The notes beneath the pieces are model-generated. The model was given only the letters and a program-made list of their open reading frames with translations, searched no databases and had not been told where the DNA came from. A program made the translations under genes and the position numbers. From an uncultured Chloroflexia bacterium (GTDB lineage: Bacteria; Chloroflexota; Limnocylindria; Limnocylindrales; CSP1-4): DNA of 64,000 nt. Within the stretch, counting starts at the first letter, position 1; each line of letters starts with the position of its first letter. This document shows positions 19,123 to 33,152 of the stretch, in pieces. Location: positions 215,513 through 279,512 of the forward strand of contig CAWKHG010000001.1 of NCBI GenBank assembly GCA_963849405.1. Direction: 5' to 3'.

Positions 19123-19982
19123 CCGCGAGCGGGCCACGGCTGCTGCTCGTCGAGGACGACGAACCGGCCCGGCGACTGCTGCACACCTACCTCGTGCGGC
19201 GGGGCTACCGGGTCGACGAGGCGGGCACCGCGGCCGAGGCCCTCCGATCATGGGACGCCCACCGGGCGGACCTCATCCTCCTCGACCTCGGCCTGCCCGA
19301 CGCCGACGGCGTCGAGGTCGTGCGGAAGGTGCGCCGCGAAGCCACGACGCCGATCGTGATCCTCTCGGCACGTGGCGCCGAGCGCGACAAGATCGCAGCC
19401 CTCGAGGCCGGCGCCGACGACTACCTGACCAAGCCCTTCTCGACCGACGAGCTCAACGCCCGTATCCGGGCGGTGCTCCGACGGGCGGCCGGGCCGGACG
19501 CCGACGGCGGGCGGCTCGCCCTCGGGCCGATCGAGCTCGACGTCCTGCACCATTCGGTCACGGTGAGCGGCGTGGCCGTGCGGCTGACGCCACGGGAGTT
19601 CGAGCTCCTCAAGGTCCTGCTGGCGTACCCGGGACGGGTCGTGACGAAGGGCCGGCTGCTGCGCGCCGTCTGGGGCCTGGCCTACGCCGAGGAGAGCCAC
19701 TACGTCCACGTATACGTGAACCGCCTGCGCCGCAAGCTGGCGGCGGCCGACCCGGACGGGTCGATCGATGCCCTGATCGCGACCGAACCCGGCGTCGGCT
19801 ACCGCATGGCCGAGGATCCCGGCGGTCCGCCCGACGCGATCCGCCGACGCGCTAGCGCTCAGGCGCTGAGGAGGCGCACCTCGAGCTCGGTGGTGGCCTT
19901 GCCGGGCAGGGTGCGCGGCTCGAGCTCGACCGAATCGTCCTCCGCACGCGCCCGGAGGCGCTCGAGGACCAGGTCTCCGTGA
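19119..19982 (+). CDS. KdpE-like OmpR-family response regulator; C-terminal end uncertain
   Basis: The ATG overlaps the kinase stop (ATGA). Contains RLLLVEDDEPARRLL...LILLDLGLPDADG...PIVILSARG...GADDYLTKPFS...LTPREFELLKVLL...VHVYVNRLRRKL...EPGVGYRM. After GVGYRM the ORF runs about 50 more codons and overlaps the convergent ORF 19859..20155. Confidence 0.8.
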   Translation: MTASGPRLLLVEDDEPARRLLHTYLVRRGYRVDEAGTAAEALRSWDAHRADLILLDLGLPDADGVEVVRKVRREATTPIVILSARGAERDKIAALEAGADDYLTKPFSTDELNARIRAVLRRAAGPDADGGRLALGPIELDVLHHSVTVSGVAVRLTPREFELLKVLLAYPGRVVTKGRLLRAVWGLAYAEESHYVHVYVNRLRRKLAAADPDGSIDALIATEPGVGYRMAEDPGGPPDAIRRRASAQALRRRTSSSVVALPGRVRGSSSTESSSARARRRSRTRSP

Positions 19983-20155
19983 CGCAGATTGGCGATCGTG
20001 ACCACGCGGGCCATCCCCGTGCGCACGAGGGCGACGGCCGCGTCGACTTCCATCAGCTCGCGATCGAGCTCGCGCGCGAACGCGGGATCGTCCCACTCCG
20101 CGGCATGAGCCATCTCTTCCATGACCCGAGCATCCGCCACGCTCCCAAGAGGCAC
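19859..20155 (-). CDS. hypothetical protein (87-98 aa)
   Basis: Coding-like sequence MEEMAHAAEWDDPAFARELDRELMEVDAAVALVRTGMARVVTIANLRHGDLVLERLRARAEDDSVELEPRTLPGKATTELEVRLLSA. I recognise no motif. Confidence 0.5.
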   Translation of the reverse strand: MPLGSVADARVMEEMAHAAEWDDPAFARELDRELMEVDAAVALVRTGMARVVTIANLRHGDLVLERLRARAEDDSVELEPRTLPGKATTELEVRLLSA

Positions 20156-20215
20156 GGCTGGACTGGGCGCGATGCCGGCTCAACCGGCGCTCAACGAATC
20201 GGCCAATCGGCCGTT

Positions 20216-21199
20216 CTAGCCGGCCGAGCCGGCGGCGGTGACGACCGCGCGCGTGAGCCGGTCGGTCAGGAGGGCATCGGCGTAGCTCGACAGGACGCGG
20301 CCGGGGTCGTCGTCGCGGACCGCGTCCAGGAAGGCCTCGGCCTGGACCTCGTACGGGTCCCGGACGGACTCGCGGACCGTCGTGCCGGACTCGTCCTCGA
20401 CCGTCAGCGTCCAGCGGGGCCGATCGGGCAGGTCGTCCGGCTGGATCGTGGAGCGCCGGCCCTCGGCCACGAGGTCGAACTCGACGACGCCGGACGGCAG
20501 GAGGCCGGAGTTCGAGAACGATCCGATCGACCCGGATTCGAAACGGACGATCGCCGTGGCCACGTCGTCGACATCGGCGTCGGGGAAGGCGGGTCGCTCG
20601 TGGCGTGCCGACGCCGCGCCGACCACGTCCCCCTCGCCGAGCAGCAGGCGCGCCAGGTCGTAGAGGTGGGTCGCCTGCTCCACGACCTGGCCGCCGCTCT
20701 CGGCGACGTGGCGCCACCAGGTGGGTCCCGGCGTGGGGCCCGTCCAGCGCGCGATGAGCAGGTGGGCCGGCCGTTCGGCGAGCGAGGCCCGGAGCTCGGG
20801 CAGGAAGTCGAGGCCGCGCCACTGGTAGCCGACCGCGGTGACCAGACGCGAGCCGGCCAGCGCGGCCGCGACGCGCTCCGGATCGGCGGCCACGGCCCCC
20901 AGCGGTTTCTCGGTGAGGAAGGGGATGTGCCGGCGGATCAGCTCCTCGCAGGCCGCCGCGGACCGATCGGGCGGCAGGCATACGAACGCGACCTCGGGCG
21001 CCTGCTCGTCCAGCATCCGCTCGAGGTCCGTGTAGCCGGCGCCGCCCCACTCGGCGGTGATCGCCGCGGCGCGCTCGGCGCTTCGCGAGACGACACCGAC
21101 GAGGTACGTCCGGCCGAGGCGGGCCAGGACCCGCAGGTGGCGCGGGACGATCCAGCCGGTGCCGATGAGTCCCAGGCGCAGGCGCGGCGCGTCGACCAT
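20216..21199 (-). CDS. Gfo/Idh/MocA-family NAD(P)-dependent oxidoreductase
   Basis: LRLGLIGTGWIVPRHLRVL Rossmann N-terminus, FLTEKPLG motif, and a C-terminal alpha/beta domain. Confidence 0.85.
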   Translation of the reverse strand: MVDAPRLRLGLIGTGWIVPRHLRVLARLGRTYLVGVVSRSAERAAAITAEWGGAGYTDLERMLDEQAPEVAFVCLPPDRSAAACEELIRRHIPFLTEKPLGAVAADPERVAAALAGSRLVTAVGYQWRGLDFLPELRASLAERPAHLLIARWTGPTPGPTWWRHVAESGGQVVEQATHLYDLARLLLGEGDVVGAASARHERPAFPDADVDDVATAIVRFESGSIGSFSNSGLLPSGVVEFDLVAEGRRSTIQPDDLPDRPRWTLTVEDESGTTVRESVRDPYEVQAEAFLDAVRDDDPGRVLSSYADALLTDRLTRAVVTAAGSAG

Positions 21200-21324
21200 C
21201 GACCGATGATGCCATGCGGGCCGGGTCCCGAACGGAGCGCCACGACGGCTCGGGTCGCGCCCGGGTCGCGTCCTCCATCTGCATGAGACCGCAATGCAAC
21301 GGTTGGACTATCGCCGATGGCCCG

Positions 21325-21604
21325 ATGGTGTCCCTCGTCGAGCGGCCGGGAGCGGCCCACGATGCGCTCATGCTCACGCGTCGCACGAACGTGTTCTTCG
21401 CGCTCCTCGGTCCCGGAGCGGACCGCGATCGGGCTCGTCCGCATCCGCCAGGCCAGCGGCCTCGTGGAGCAGTACGACGAGGTCAGCCAGACGTGGCACG
21501 TGGTCCCCGACGCGCGCTTCGCCGAGGCCCTCGCCCAGCGCCGCCTCGATCCGACGCGCGGCGTGGCGCTGGCCCGCGCTCGCGGCGTTCTCCAGGGCTC
21601 GTAG
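21325..21604 (+). CDS. hypothetical protein (~93 aa), apparent frameshift near 21415
   Basis: High-GC3 coding begins in the 21214 frame (MVSLVERPGAAHDALMLTRRTNVFFALLGP). It continues in the 21317 frame (ERTAIGLVRIRQASGLVEQYDEVSQTWHVVPDARFAEALAQRRLDPTRGVALARARGVLQGS). Confidence 0.45.
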
Positions 21605-21657
21605 CCCGGTCCGGGCCCTCCCGGCACCGCGATACCCCCGCGGCACACAAACGAAGA

Positions 21658-21679
21658 CCCCGCCTCAGACGAGGCGGGG
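21658..21679. terminator. bidirectional rho-independent terminator between convergent genes
   Basis: Perfect 9-bp stem CCCCGCCTC / GAGGCGGGG with loop AGAC. T-rich tracts follow on both strands (tcgttcagttcttt on plus; tcttcgtttgtgtg on minus). Confidence 0.7.
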
Positions 21680-21711
21680 TCGTTCAGTTCTTTAGCGGCT
21701 CGAGCCGTCGA

Positions 21712-21897
21712 TCAGATCGACTTCCCGAGGCTGCTGAGGATCTTCGAGGTCTGGCCGCCGAGGAAGAGAAGCGCGACGATGGCGATGATTGCGATAAGCG
21801 CAAGGATGAGTGCGTACTCGGCGAGTCCCTGACCGCGCTGGGACATCGGTTGCGTCAGGCCCACCAGGGCCCGCTGGATCCGGTCGGTCACGACCAC
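21712..21897 (-). CDS. flp: Flp/Fap-family type IVb pilin precursor
   Basis: 61 aa. Leader, then the prepilin motif QRGQG-LAEYALILALIAIIAIVALLFLGG (G/xxxxEY followed by a hydrophobic helix). GGAGGTGG sits immediately upstream. The real start could be a later GTG or the internal ATG. Confidence 0.8.
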   Translation of the reverse strand: MVVTDRIQRALVGLTQPMSQRGQGLAEYALILALIAIIAIVALLFLGGQTSKILSSLGKSI

Positions 21898-22089
21898 CTC
21901 CTGTGCGAGAGGCCTAAGCGTCGGGCCTTGTCAGGCGAACGCCCCACACAAGCTTCTACGCGCTCAGAAGGTACTCCTTCGAAGGGCCCGCGTTATCCGG
22001 CGCGCAGTACGGAGCGCCCGGTCTGAAAGTACTCTCGCGGTGCAGCGCCGGTGCCGCCCGACACCGGACCTCGGTCGACCGCCGCGGCG

Positions 22090-22971
22090 TCAGGCCCGGA
22101 ACCGGCTGACGCCCTCCAGCACGATGTCCAGCGTCTCGCGCGTGTGGAGCGCCATCCCGAGCTGCACGTGATCCACGCCCTCGGCGGCCCAGGTCGCGAG
22201 CCCATCCGCCAGCTCGGCCGCATCCAGGGCCAGGTTGCGGGCGCCCTCGTCGGCCGGGGCGCCGGGCTTGCGCACGTCGATGCCCACGGTCAGCTCGAGC
22301 GTGGCCGGATCGCGCTTCTCGGCTCGGCAGGCCTCCAGCAGGCCGTCGTGGCGCTGCGTCCAGCGCTCATCGGGCAGGCCGAACCAGGCCGTCTGCCACT
22401 GGTCGGCGTGACGGGCCGTGAGCCCGAGCATCCGCTCGCCCTTCGCGGCGACGAGGATGGGCAGGTTCGTGCGCCGGGGCGGCGGGAGGAGGACCGCGTC
22501 GTCGACGTCCGCCCAGTCGCCGTGCAGGGTCACCCGTTCGCCGTGGATGAGCGGGGCGATGATCCGGATGGCCTCCTCGAACCGGCCGACGCGGTGGTCG
22601 AACGGATAGCCGAACGCGTCGTATTCGGTCTCGTACCAGCCGCAACCCAGGCCGAGGATCAGCCGGCCGCCGGCCACCTCGTCGGCGGTCGCGGCCATCT
22701 TGGCCAGGAGGCCGGGGTTCCGGAAGGACGTCGCGAGGACGAGCGTCCCGAGCTCGACCCGCTCGGTGATCGCCGCGAGCGCGGTCAGGAGCGTCCACGC
22801 CTCGTGGATCCCGACCTCGTGGCCGTCGTCCTCGCGGAAGAAGAAGTGGTCGCACACCCACAGGCTGTCGATCCCGCCGGCCTCGGCATGACGGGCGAGC
22901 GCGGCGATCTCGGCCCAGCTGCCGCCCTCGCCGTCGTCGGCGGACTGCGGCAACACCACTCCGACCTTCAT
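22090..22971 (-). CDS. LLM-class (luciferase-like) flavin/F420-dependent oxidoreductase
   Basis: MKVGVVLPQ...GIDSLWVCDHFFF...WTLLTALAAITERVELGTLVLATSFRNPGLLAKMAATADEVAGGRLILGLGCGW. Confidence 0.85.
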   Translation of the reverse strand: MKVGVVLPQSADDGEGGSWAEIAALARHAEAGGIDSLWVCDHFFFREDDGHEVGIHEAWTLLTALAAITERVELGTLVLATSFRNPGLLAKMAATADEVAGGRLILGLGCGWYETEYDAFGYPFDHRVGRFEEAIRIIAPLIHGERVTLHGDWADVDDAVLLPPPRRTNLPILVAAKGERMLGLTARHADQWQTAWFGLPDERWTQRHDGLLEACRAEKRDPATLELTVGIDVRKPGAPADEGARNLALDAAELADGLATWAAEGVDHVQLGMALHTRETLDIVLEGVSRFRA

Positions 22972-23109
22972 CGCCTGCGAGTCTAGCGGGTCGCCCGGCC
23001 CGCCCGGCACATCGGGCCGACGGCGACGCCCCCGGCCGGGGAGGTCGGCCGAGGGCGTTCGCTTGGTCTGCGGTCGTGGGGCGGGGCGAACCCGACCCGG
23101 GTCAGCCGG

Positions 23110-24431
23110 TCACACCTGGTAGGCCGCCTCGCCGTGGACCGCCAGGTCCAGGCCGCGCTCCTCCTGGGCCGACGGCACTCGGATCCCGAGGATCACGTCG
23201 ACGAGCTTGACGATGATGAACGTGGCCACGATGGCGTAGCCGATCGTCGCGCCGACCGCGATCAGCTGGGTGCCGATCTGGCCGGCGTTGCCGTCGATCA
23301 GGCCCTTGTAGGCTTCCTGGACGGCGGACGTCGCGAACACGCCGGTCGCGACGGCCCCGAACATCCCGCCGACCCCGTGGACCGCGAACACGTCCAGGGC
23401 ATCGTCCACCGTGGACCGCGCCCGCAGCAGCGTCGCGCTGTAGCACAGTCCGCCGGCCACGAGGCCGATGATCAGGGCGCCCCCGGTGCTGACGAAGCCC
23501 GACGCGGGGGTGATCGCGACGAGGCCGGCCACCGATCCGCAGGCCGCGCCGACGACGCTGACTTTGCCCGTGCGCAGGTAGCTCGCGCCGACCCAGGTGA
23601 TCGTCGCAGCCGCGGCCGCGGTGTTGGTCACGATGAAGGCACTGGCAGCCAGGCCGCCCGCGCTGAGGGCGGACCCGGCGTTGAAGCCGAACCAGCCGAA
23701 CCAGAGCAGGCCCGCGCCGAGGACGGTCATCGGGACGTCGTGGGGCTCCTTGCTGTCGCCGTTCATGACGCGCTTGCCGATGAGGATGGCCACGATGAGG
23801 GCCGAGACGCCCGAGCTGATGTGGACCACGGTGCCGCCGGCGAAGTCGAGCGCGCCGAGCTTGAACAGCCAGCCATCGGCCGACCACACCCAGTGGGCGA
23901 TGGGGGAGTAGACGAAGATCGACCACAGGACGGTGAAGACGACGAACGCGCCGAAGCGCTTGCGCTCGGCGAACGCGCCCGTGATGAGCGCCGGGGTGAT
24001 CGCCGCGAACATCAGCTGGAACGCCGCGAACAGGACGAATGGGATCGTCAGGCCGTAGGTCGGGCTCGGGGTGAGGCCGACGTTGTTGAACCCGACGTAG
24101 TCCAGGCCGCCGATCAGGCCCCAGCCGTTGACGTCCGGCCCGAAGGCCAGGCTGAAGCCGACGAGGACCCACGACGACGCTGACGAGGGCCAGGCCGAAG
24201 AAGCTCTGCATGATCGTCGAGAGGACGTTCTTGCGCCGGACCAGGCCGCCGTAGAACAGGGCAAGGCCGGGCAGCATGATCATCACGAGGGCGGTGGACG
24301 CGAGCATCCAGGCCGTGTCACCGGAATCGATCTTCCCCGGCTCGGCGGCCGCCACGCTCGAGGGCAGGGCCACCAGGCAGGGCTCCCGTGATCCCAAGGC
24401 CCATGCCCAGCCGACGCATCCTTCGCAACAT
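23110..24431 (-). CDS. amtB: ammonium transporter Amt/AmtB with cleavable signal peptide; two apparent frameshifts (near 24377 and 24172)
   Basis: Three reverse frames join. [18 protein letters not shown], then [68 protein letters not shown], then [14 protein letters not shown]...[19 protein letters not shown]...[13 protein letters not shown]...[13 protein letters not shown]...[10 protein letters not shown]. Confidence 0.9.
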
Positions 24432-24786
24432 CGATCCTGCCTCCGTCCTGCCATGCCCGTTGGTCCGTGCCGCGACACAGCCGGTCGGGCCGGCAGCGGC
24501 GCCTGGCCAGATGCTGCGCTCCGAGGAGGCTCGAATCGAGAGCCGGGCGGTGACGGCTCGGTGGCGTGGGGGTTACGCGTGGACCATGGGTGGTTGCGCG
24601 CGGGTAGCGGGCTCCGCGACGTGGACCGCCCCGGACCACACGCGAACCCACACGTCGCTGCTCATCCAAGCGCATGAGGCAGGCCCCGGACGCCCTGCGC
24701 CTCCGCCGCGACCATCGGGTGAGGGCGGCCGGCGCCCGAACGGCCCATCGTCATCCCATCGACCCCTCCATCCCGAAGGACCACGA

Positions 24787-25036
24787 ATGACTGCGGCAAC
24801 CACGACGATCGGCGCGACCAGCCTCGTCAATGACGTGCATATGGATGCCGCCCGGGACTTCATCGCCGCGATCCTGGCGATCGACCCGCTCTGCCGCCTG
24901 CTCGGCGAGCCGCATCTGACGCGCCGAGGCCGAACGCCTGTGGAACCGGTTCATCGACGGCTACACGGCCGCCGTCTCGGGTCCGTACGCCAAGCACGGC
25001 GCCGACGCCCTTCGGATCGCGCTCTCCGGCCTGTAG
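24787..25036 (+). CDS. hypothetical small protein (~83 aa), apparent frameshift near 24919
   Basis: MTAATTTIGATSLVNDVHMDAARDFIAAILAIDPLCRLLGEPHL, then in the +1 frame RAEAERLWNRFIDGYTAAVSGPYAKHGADALRIALSGL-stop at 25036. Confidence 0.45.
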
Positions 25037-25062
25037 CCGGGCGCCTATCCCGGCTGCCGGCG

Positions 25063-29690
<4,628 letters not shown>

Positions 29691-29883
29691 GCTCGGGTCA
29701 GATCCGTTCGCACACCGTACGGCGCGCTACGGTTGCGGTCCGTCTCGAACGGTGGCCGCTTGGGTTGCCGTTCGGTGCTGGTCGCCGTTCCGGAGGCGGG
29801 TGCGCCGCCCGCTCCGGACCCGGGCGAGCCGGCGGCGCCGCGTAAGATGGACGCTCTACTCAGGGACGAAAGGACGGACGGTG

Positions 29884-30405
29884 ATGGGCGGCCTCCTCAA
29901 GGGACTCCTGCGTCTGGCGGTGCTCGGCTGGATCGCCACACTGGTCGGCGGGGCGATCGGCGCGAACGCGGTCAAACGCCGAACGGTGGTCCAGGACGAC
30001 CCCGACGCCGACGACGTCGTCCTCGTCGGGATCTTCGGTCCGCTCGACTTTGCCAGCACCGCCCGCAACTTCCGCGGCGGGCTCGTCGAGACGTGGTTCG
30101 GCGGTGGGCTCGTGGATCTGCGCGAGGCGGTCCTCGACCCCGCCGGGGCGGATCTCCGGCTCCGGGCGGTCTTCGGCGGCGGCCAGATCGTCGTGCCGGA
30201 TTCGTGGCGGGTGACCATCTCGATGCGCGGTCTGGGTGGCGTGGGTGACACGCGCTCGAATGACGACCTGCCGGTGGACGCGCCGGAGCTCCGGATCGAT
30301 GCGACCGTGCTCTTCGGCGGCTTCGGGATCTCGAGCGACGCGCCCGAGCGGGACGATGTCCCGGAGGCGCCGCGCTGGGCCGAGGTGTACGCCCGGCCGT
30401 CCTGA
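29884..30405 (+). CDS. LiaF-like (cell-wall-active antibiotic response, C-terminal domain) membrane protein
   Basis: MGGLLKGLLRLAVLGWIATLVGGAIG TM segment, then GGLVDLREAVLDPAGADLRLRAVFGGGQIVVPDSWRV...LRIDATVLFGGFGISS repeats typical of the LiaF C-terminal beta-structure. Confidence 0.6.
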   Translation: MGGLLKGLLRLAVLGWIATLVGGAIGANAVKRRTVVQDDPDADDVVLVGIFGPLDFASTARNFRGGLVETWFGGGLVDLREAVLDPAGADLRLRAVFGGGQIVVPDSWRVTISMRGLGGVGDTRSNDDLPVDAPELRIDATVLFGGFGISSDAPERDDVPEAPRWAEVYARPS

Positions 30406-30482
30406 GGGCTCGAGAACCGCCCGGGATCAGAAACGCCGGGCGCCACCGATGGGCGGCACCCGGCGCGGAGTCGGTCGCGGCG

Positions 30483-31574
30483 TCAGCCGGCGGCCGTGAT
30501 GGATCCGAAGGAGCCGTTCTCCTCGTCGTTCGGACCGGCGGTGAAGTAGAGGCTGTTCAACGGGCCGGCAGCGCTGCCGTTCCCGAAGCCGAGCGCCCAC
30601 AGCCCGTCGACGACGATCGCGTGATGGTGCTCATCGCGCAGGGTGCCGTCGAACCGCCAGCCGTGACTGGTCCAGCGATAGGCGTTGATCTTGCCGTCAC
30701 CGAAGTTGCCGACCAGCAGGTCGCCACTGAAGCGACCGAAGTCGGACGGCGCCCAGGCGAGGCCCCACGGCGCGTCGAGCGCGCCACGTGACGCGACGCG
30801 ACCCAGGAACGTGCCGTTCGCGAAGAAGACGCTGACGAAGCCGCGATGCCGGCCGGCGATCTCGTCTTCCTTGTCCGCGTCCTGCTTGGCGTAGGTCACG
30901 AAGATCAGGCCGTTGAGGTTCTGGATGCCGAACGGCGCGTAGCCCCGGGGCAGCCAGCGGTCCTTGAACGCGTGCTTCCACGTCTGGAGCTGGAACGTGC
31001 CGTCGAAGACGTCGATCCGGTTGTTGTGGAAGTCGGCCGCGTACAGGTAGTTCTTGCCGTTGACCGTGCCGGTCGCCAGGCCCTTGTAGATGGCGTCGAC
31101 GTTCGATCGATCGGCGCCGACCTCCGTCACGGTGCTTCCGGCGGCCGGGACCGTCGGGCTCCAGCCGAGGATCTGGCCGCCCTCGGTGGCGAAGATGAAC
31201 CGGGCCACGCCCGAGACGCCACCGCCCGTGACCGAGAAGTCGGTGGTCGTGTTGGCGATGAGGCCGGTCGGGCCGCCGTCCACGGTCACGACGAGCGGCC
31301 GCGGAGCGCCGTCGCCACCGTACAGGGTGGACGTGTCGGTGCCGTTGTTGGCGACCCACCAGGGGCTCGTGGGCAGGGCCGCCAGGCCCCATCCGTTCTT
31401 GAGGTTGGCGTCCGTGCGGGCAGCCGGGACGCCGCCATCGGACACGAGATAGCTGACGGTGTACTGGTTGGCGCCGCGGCTGTGACCGCGGCCGTTGTCG
31501 TGGGCCGCCACGGGCGCTGCCATCAGGGCGAGCAGGCCGAGCGCGGCGACGATGGGTATGGCGCGTTTCGCCAT
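30483..31574 (-). CDS. secreted beta-propeller protein of the TIGR03118 family
   Basis: Signal peptide MAKRAIPIVAALGLLALMAAPVAA. Then NGWGLA..SPWWVANNGTDTSTLY...FIFATEGGQILGW...YLYAADFHNNRIDVFDGTF...GYAPFGIQNLNGLIFVTYAKQD...APWGLAWAPSDFG.FSGDLLVGNFGDGKINAY. Confidence 0.8.
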   Translation of the reverse strand: MAKRAIPIVAALGLLALMAAPVAAHDNGRGHSRGANQYTVSYLVSDGGVPAARTDANLKNGWGLAALPTSPWWVANNGTDTSTLYGGDGAPRPLVVTVDGGPTGLIANTTTDFSVTGGGVSGVARFIFATEGGQILGWSPTVPAAGSTVTEVGADRSNVDAIYKGLATGTVNGKNYLYAADFHNNRIDVFDGTFQLQTWKHAFKDRWLPRGYAPFGIQNLNGLIFVTYAKQDADKEDEIAGRHRGFVSVFFANGTFLGRVASRGALDAPWGLAWAPSDFGRFSGDLLVGNFGDGKINAYRWTSHGWRFDGTLRDEHHHAIVVDGLWALGFGNGSAAGPLNSLYFTAGPNDEENGSFGSITAAG

Positions 31575-31746
31575 GGCGAGACCTCCTGTGTCGTGCGGCC
31601 GGCGGGTCGCTGGGGCGGCTCGCGAAGGCCACAGGGATCACCGCGGACTACGTCCCGGCCGGGCGTGCGGTTTCGACGAGCGCCTTGCGCTCACGAGGAG
31701 CTGGGCGTGACAAACGCATGTCAACCCGGGCCGTCGCTGCCCGTGG

Positions 31747-32112
31747 TCAGGTCGCGGCGACGGGCTCGGTGTCCACGAGGCGTAGGAGGTCGATCCTGTC
31801 GGCGAGGTCGCGGTTGAAGATGCTCCGCGCGACGTCGAGCAGCTGGAACAGGTCGGCGTCGCGCACCGAATAGATGACCGTGGTGCCGCGCCGCTCGGTC
31901 GCCACGATGTTCCGGCCGCGGAGGATCGCGAGCTGCTGCGAGATGGACGACGCGGGTGCGCCGATCGCCTCCTGGAGCTGCCCGACGCTGAGGGGACCCT
32001 GGCGCAGCAGCTCGAGGATGCGGATCCGCATCGGGTGGGCGAGAGCCTTGAAGAACTCCGCCTTGAACTGGCGGATGCCCTCGGGATCGTCCGGACGCTG
32101 GTTGCGGGTCAT
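31747..32112 (-). CDS. ArsR/SmtB-family transcriptional regulator
   Basis: FKALAHPMRIRILELLRQGPLSVGQLQEAIGAPASSISQQLAILRGRNIVATERRGTTVIYSV. Confidence 0.9.
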   Translation of the reverse strand: MTRNQRPDDPEGIRQFKAEFFKALAHPMRIRILELLRQGPLSVGQLQEAIGAPASSISQQLAILRGRNIVATERRGTTVIYSVRDADLFQLLDVARSIFNRDLADRIDLLRLVDTEPVAAT

Positions 32113-32147
32113 CGAGGAAGCCTACCGGTCGGGCGCATACGACGCAA

Positions 32148-32166
32148 TCTTCGAATGTCACGAAGA
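32148..32166. promoter_or_regulatory. inverted repeat, candidate ArsR operator in a divergent promoter region
   Basis: TCTTCG-aatgtca-CGAAGA lies between the ArsR start (32112, minus) and the ORF start at 32193 (plus), in an AT-richer patch. Confidence 0.4.
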
Positions 32167-32192
32167 ATGGAGATTTCGGCTACCATGGAAGC

Positions 32193-32637
32193 ATGAGAGA
32201 CCGGTACGAGAACGTTGGCGTCGTCGACGAGGCGCCACCCGTGGAGCCCTGGGCATTCCCGATCAACCAGACCGCCCGCGCCCACGACGTCGAGATCAAC
32301 CTGCTGTCGTTCACGCTGGTGGGGGAGTTCTCGCCGGCTCACCGGCCTCGTGCGCCTGAGCGCACCGACCGACGTTCGCCTCGCCTCCGTGCCGGCGCTT
32401 TCGATCAGCGGCCCCGACGGACCGCCCCTCGTGCCGGTCTCCGCGCACGTCCTGCCCCAGGGCGCGCTCGCCTGGGTGTCCTGGGTGTTCCGCAGCCCCG
32501 AGGTCGGGACCACGACCTACGAGGCGCGGATCGAACGGGTCGACCTGGCCTACCAGATCGGCAAGCGGCCGACCGCCGCGTTCACCGGTCCCTGGGTGTT
32601 CCGCTTCGAGCTGCTGCCGGTCCTCGTCCCGGCCTGA
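32193..32637 (+). CDS. hypothetical protein (~148 aa), apparent frameshift near 32335
   Basis: MRDRYENVGVVDEAPPVEPWAFPINQTARAHDVEINLLSFTLVGEFS, then in the other frame LTGLVRLSAPTDVRLASVPALSISGPDGPPLVPVSAHVLPQGALAWVSWVFRSPEVGTTTYEARIERVDLAYQIGKRPTAAFTGPWVFRFELLP. Composition is beta-rich. Confidence 0.5.
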
Positions 32638-33101
32638 CCGCCGCGCGCGACGTGCCGCGATCGCTTTCCGTGCCGCCGCCTCCTAGCGGTCCCCCGCGCT
32701 CGGTGCATGGTCGCCCTGAGCACAACGGCGGTCGATAGGGGATCGGCGCGGCGTCGGATCGAGGCTCGGGACCGTCCGCGAGCACGGCCGCATGCTCGAA
32801 CGGTCCACGGAAGGAAGCGAACGAACCCCTCCGACGTGTCCTTACGCCCGCGCTGTGCTCATGGTGTCCATGCAGCCGACATCGAGCCGCACAAGGGGCT
32901 TGACCCGACCGATGACGGCCAGGCCGTCATATCTGCGGCTGGAGCGGCGTTAGGGCCGCTCGCGAGCCGGCACCGGGGCGATCCGAACGTGGCCGATCGA
33001 CGCCTCGGGCCAGATAGCCGTCCTTGAGGGTGCCCTACCCGCCGAGATGACGAGGTGGCCGTCACGGCGGGCGCCAAGGCCCGGAACGTTCCGCCGACCT
33101 C

Positions 33102-33152
33102 TTGACAGGATGTAGCATTACTACTACATTCCGATGTAGACATGACATCGGA
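33102..33152 (+). promoter_or_regulatory. promoter with nested operator-like inverted repeats upstream of the membrane-protein/XRE operon
   Basis: TTGACA (33102-33107), 17 nt, TACATT (33125-33130). ATGTAG-N8-CTACAT spans 33110-33129. A perfect TCCGATGT-N7-ACATCGGA spans 33130-33152 and abuts the GGAAGGAG RBS. This is the most AT-rich stretch in the neighbourhood. Confidence 0.6.

Noticed and set aside
24432-24786. Possible nitrogen-regulator (GlnR-type gTnAc-N6-GaAAc) boxes or a riboswitch upstream of amtB
   Set aside because: I could not find a convincing match by eye. This needs a proper motif scan before any claim.
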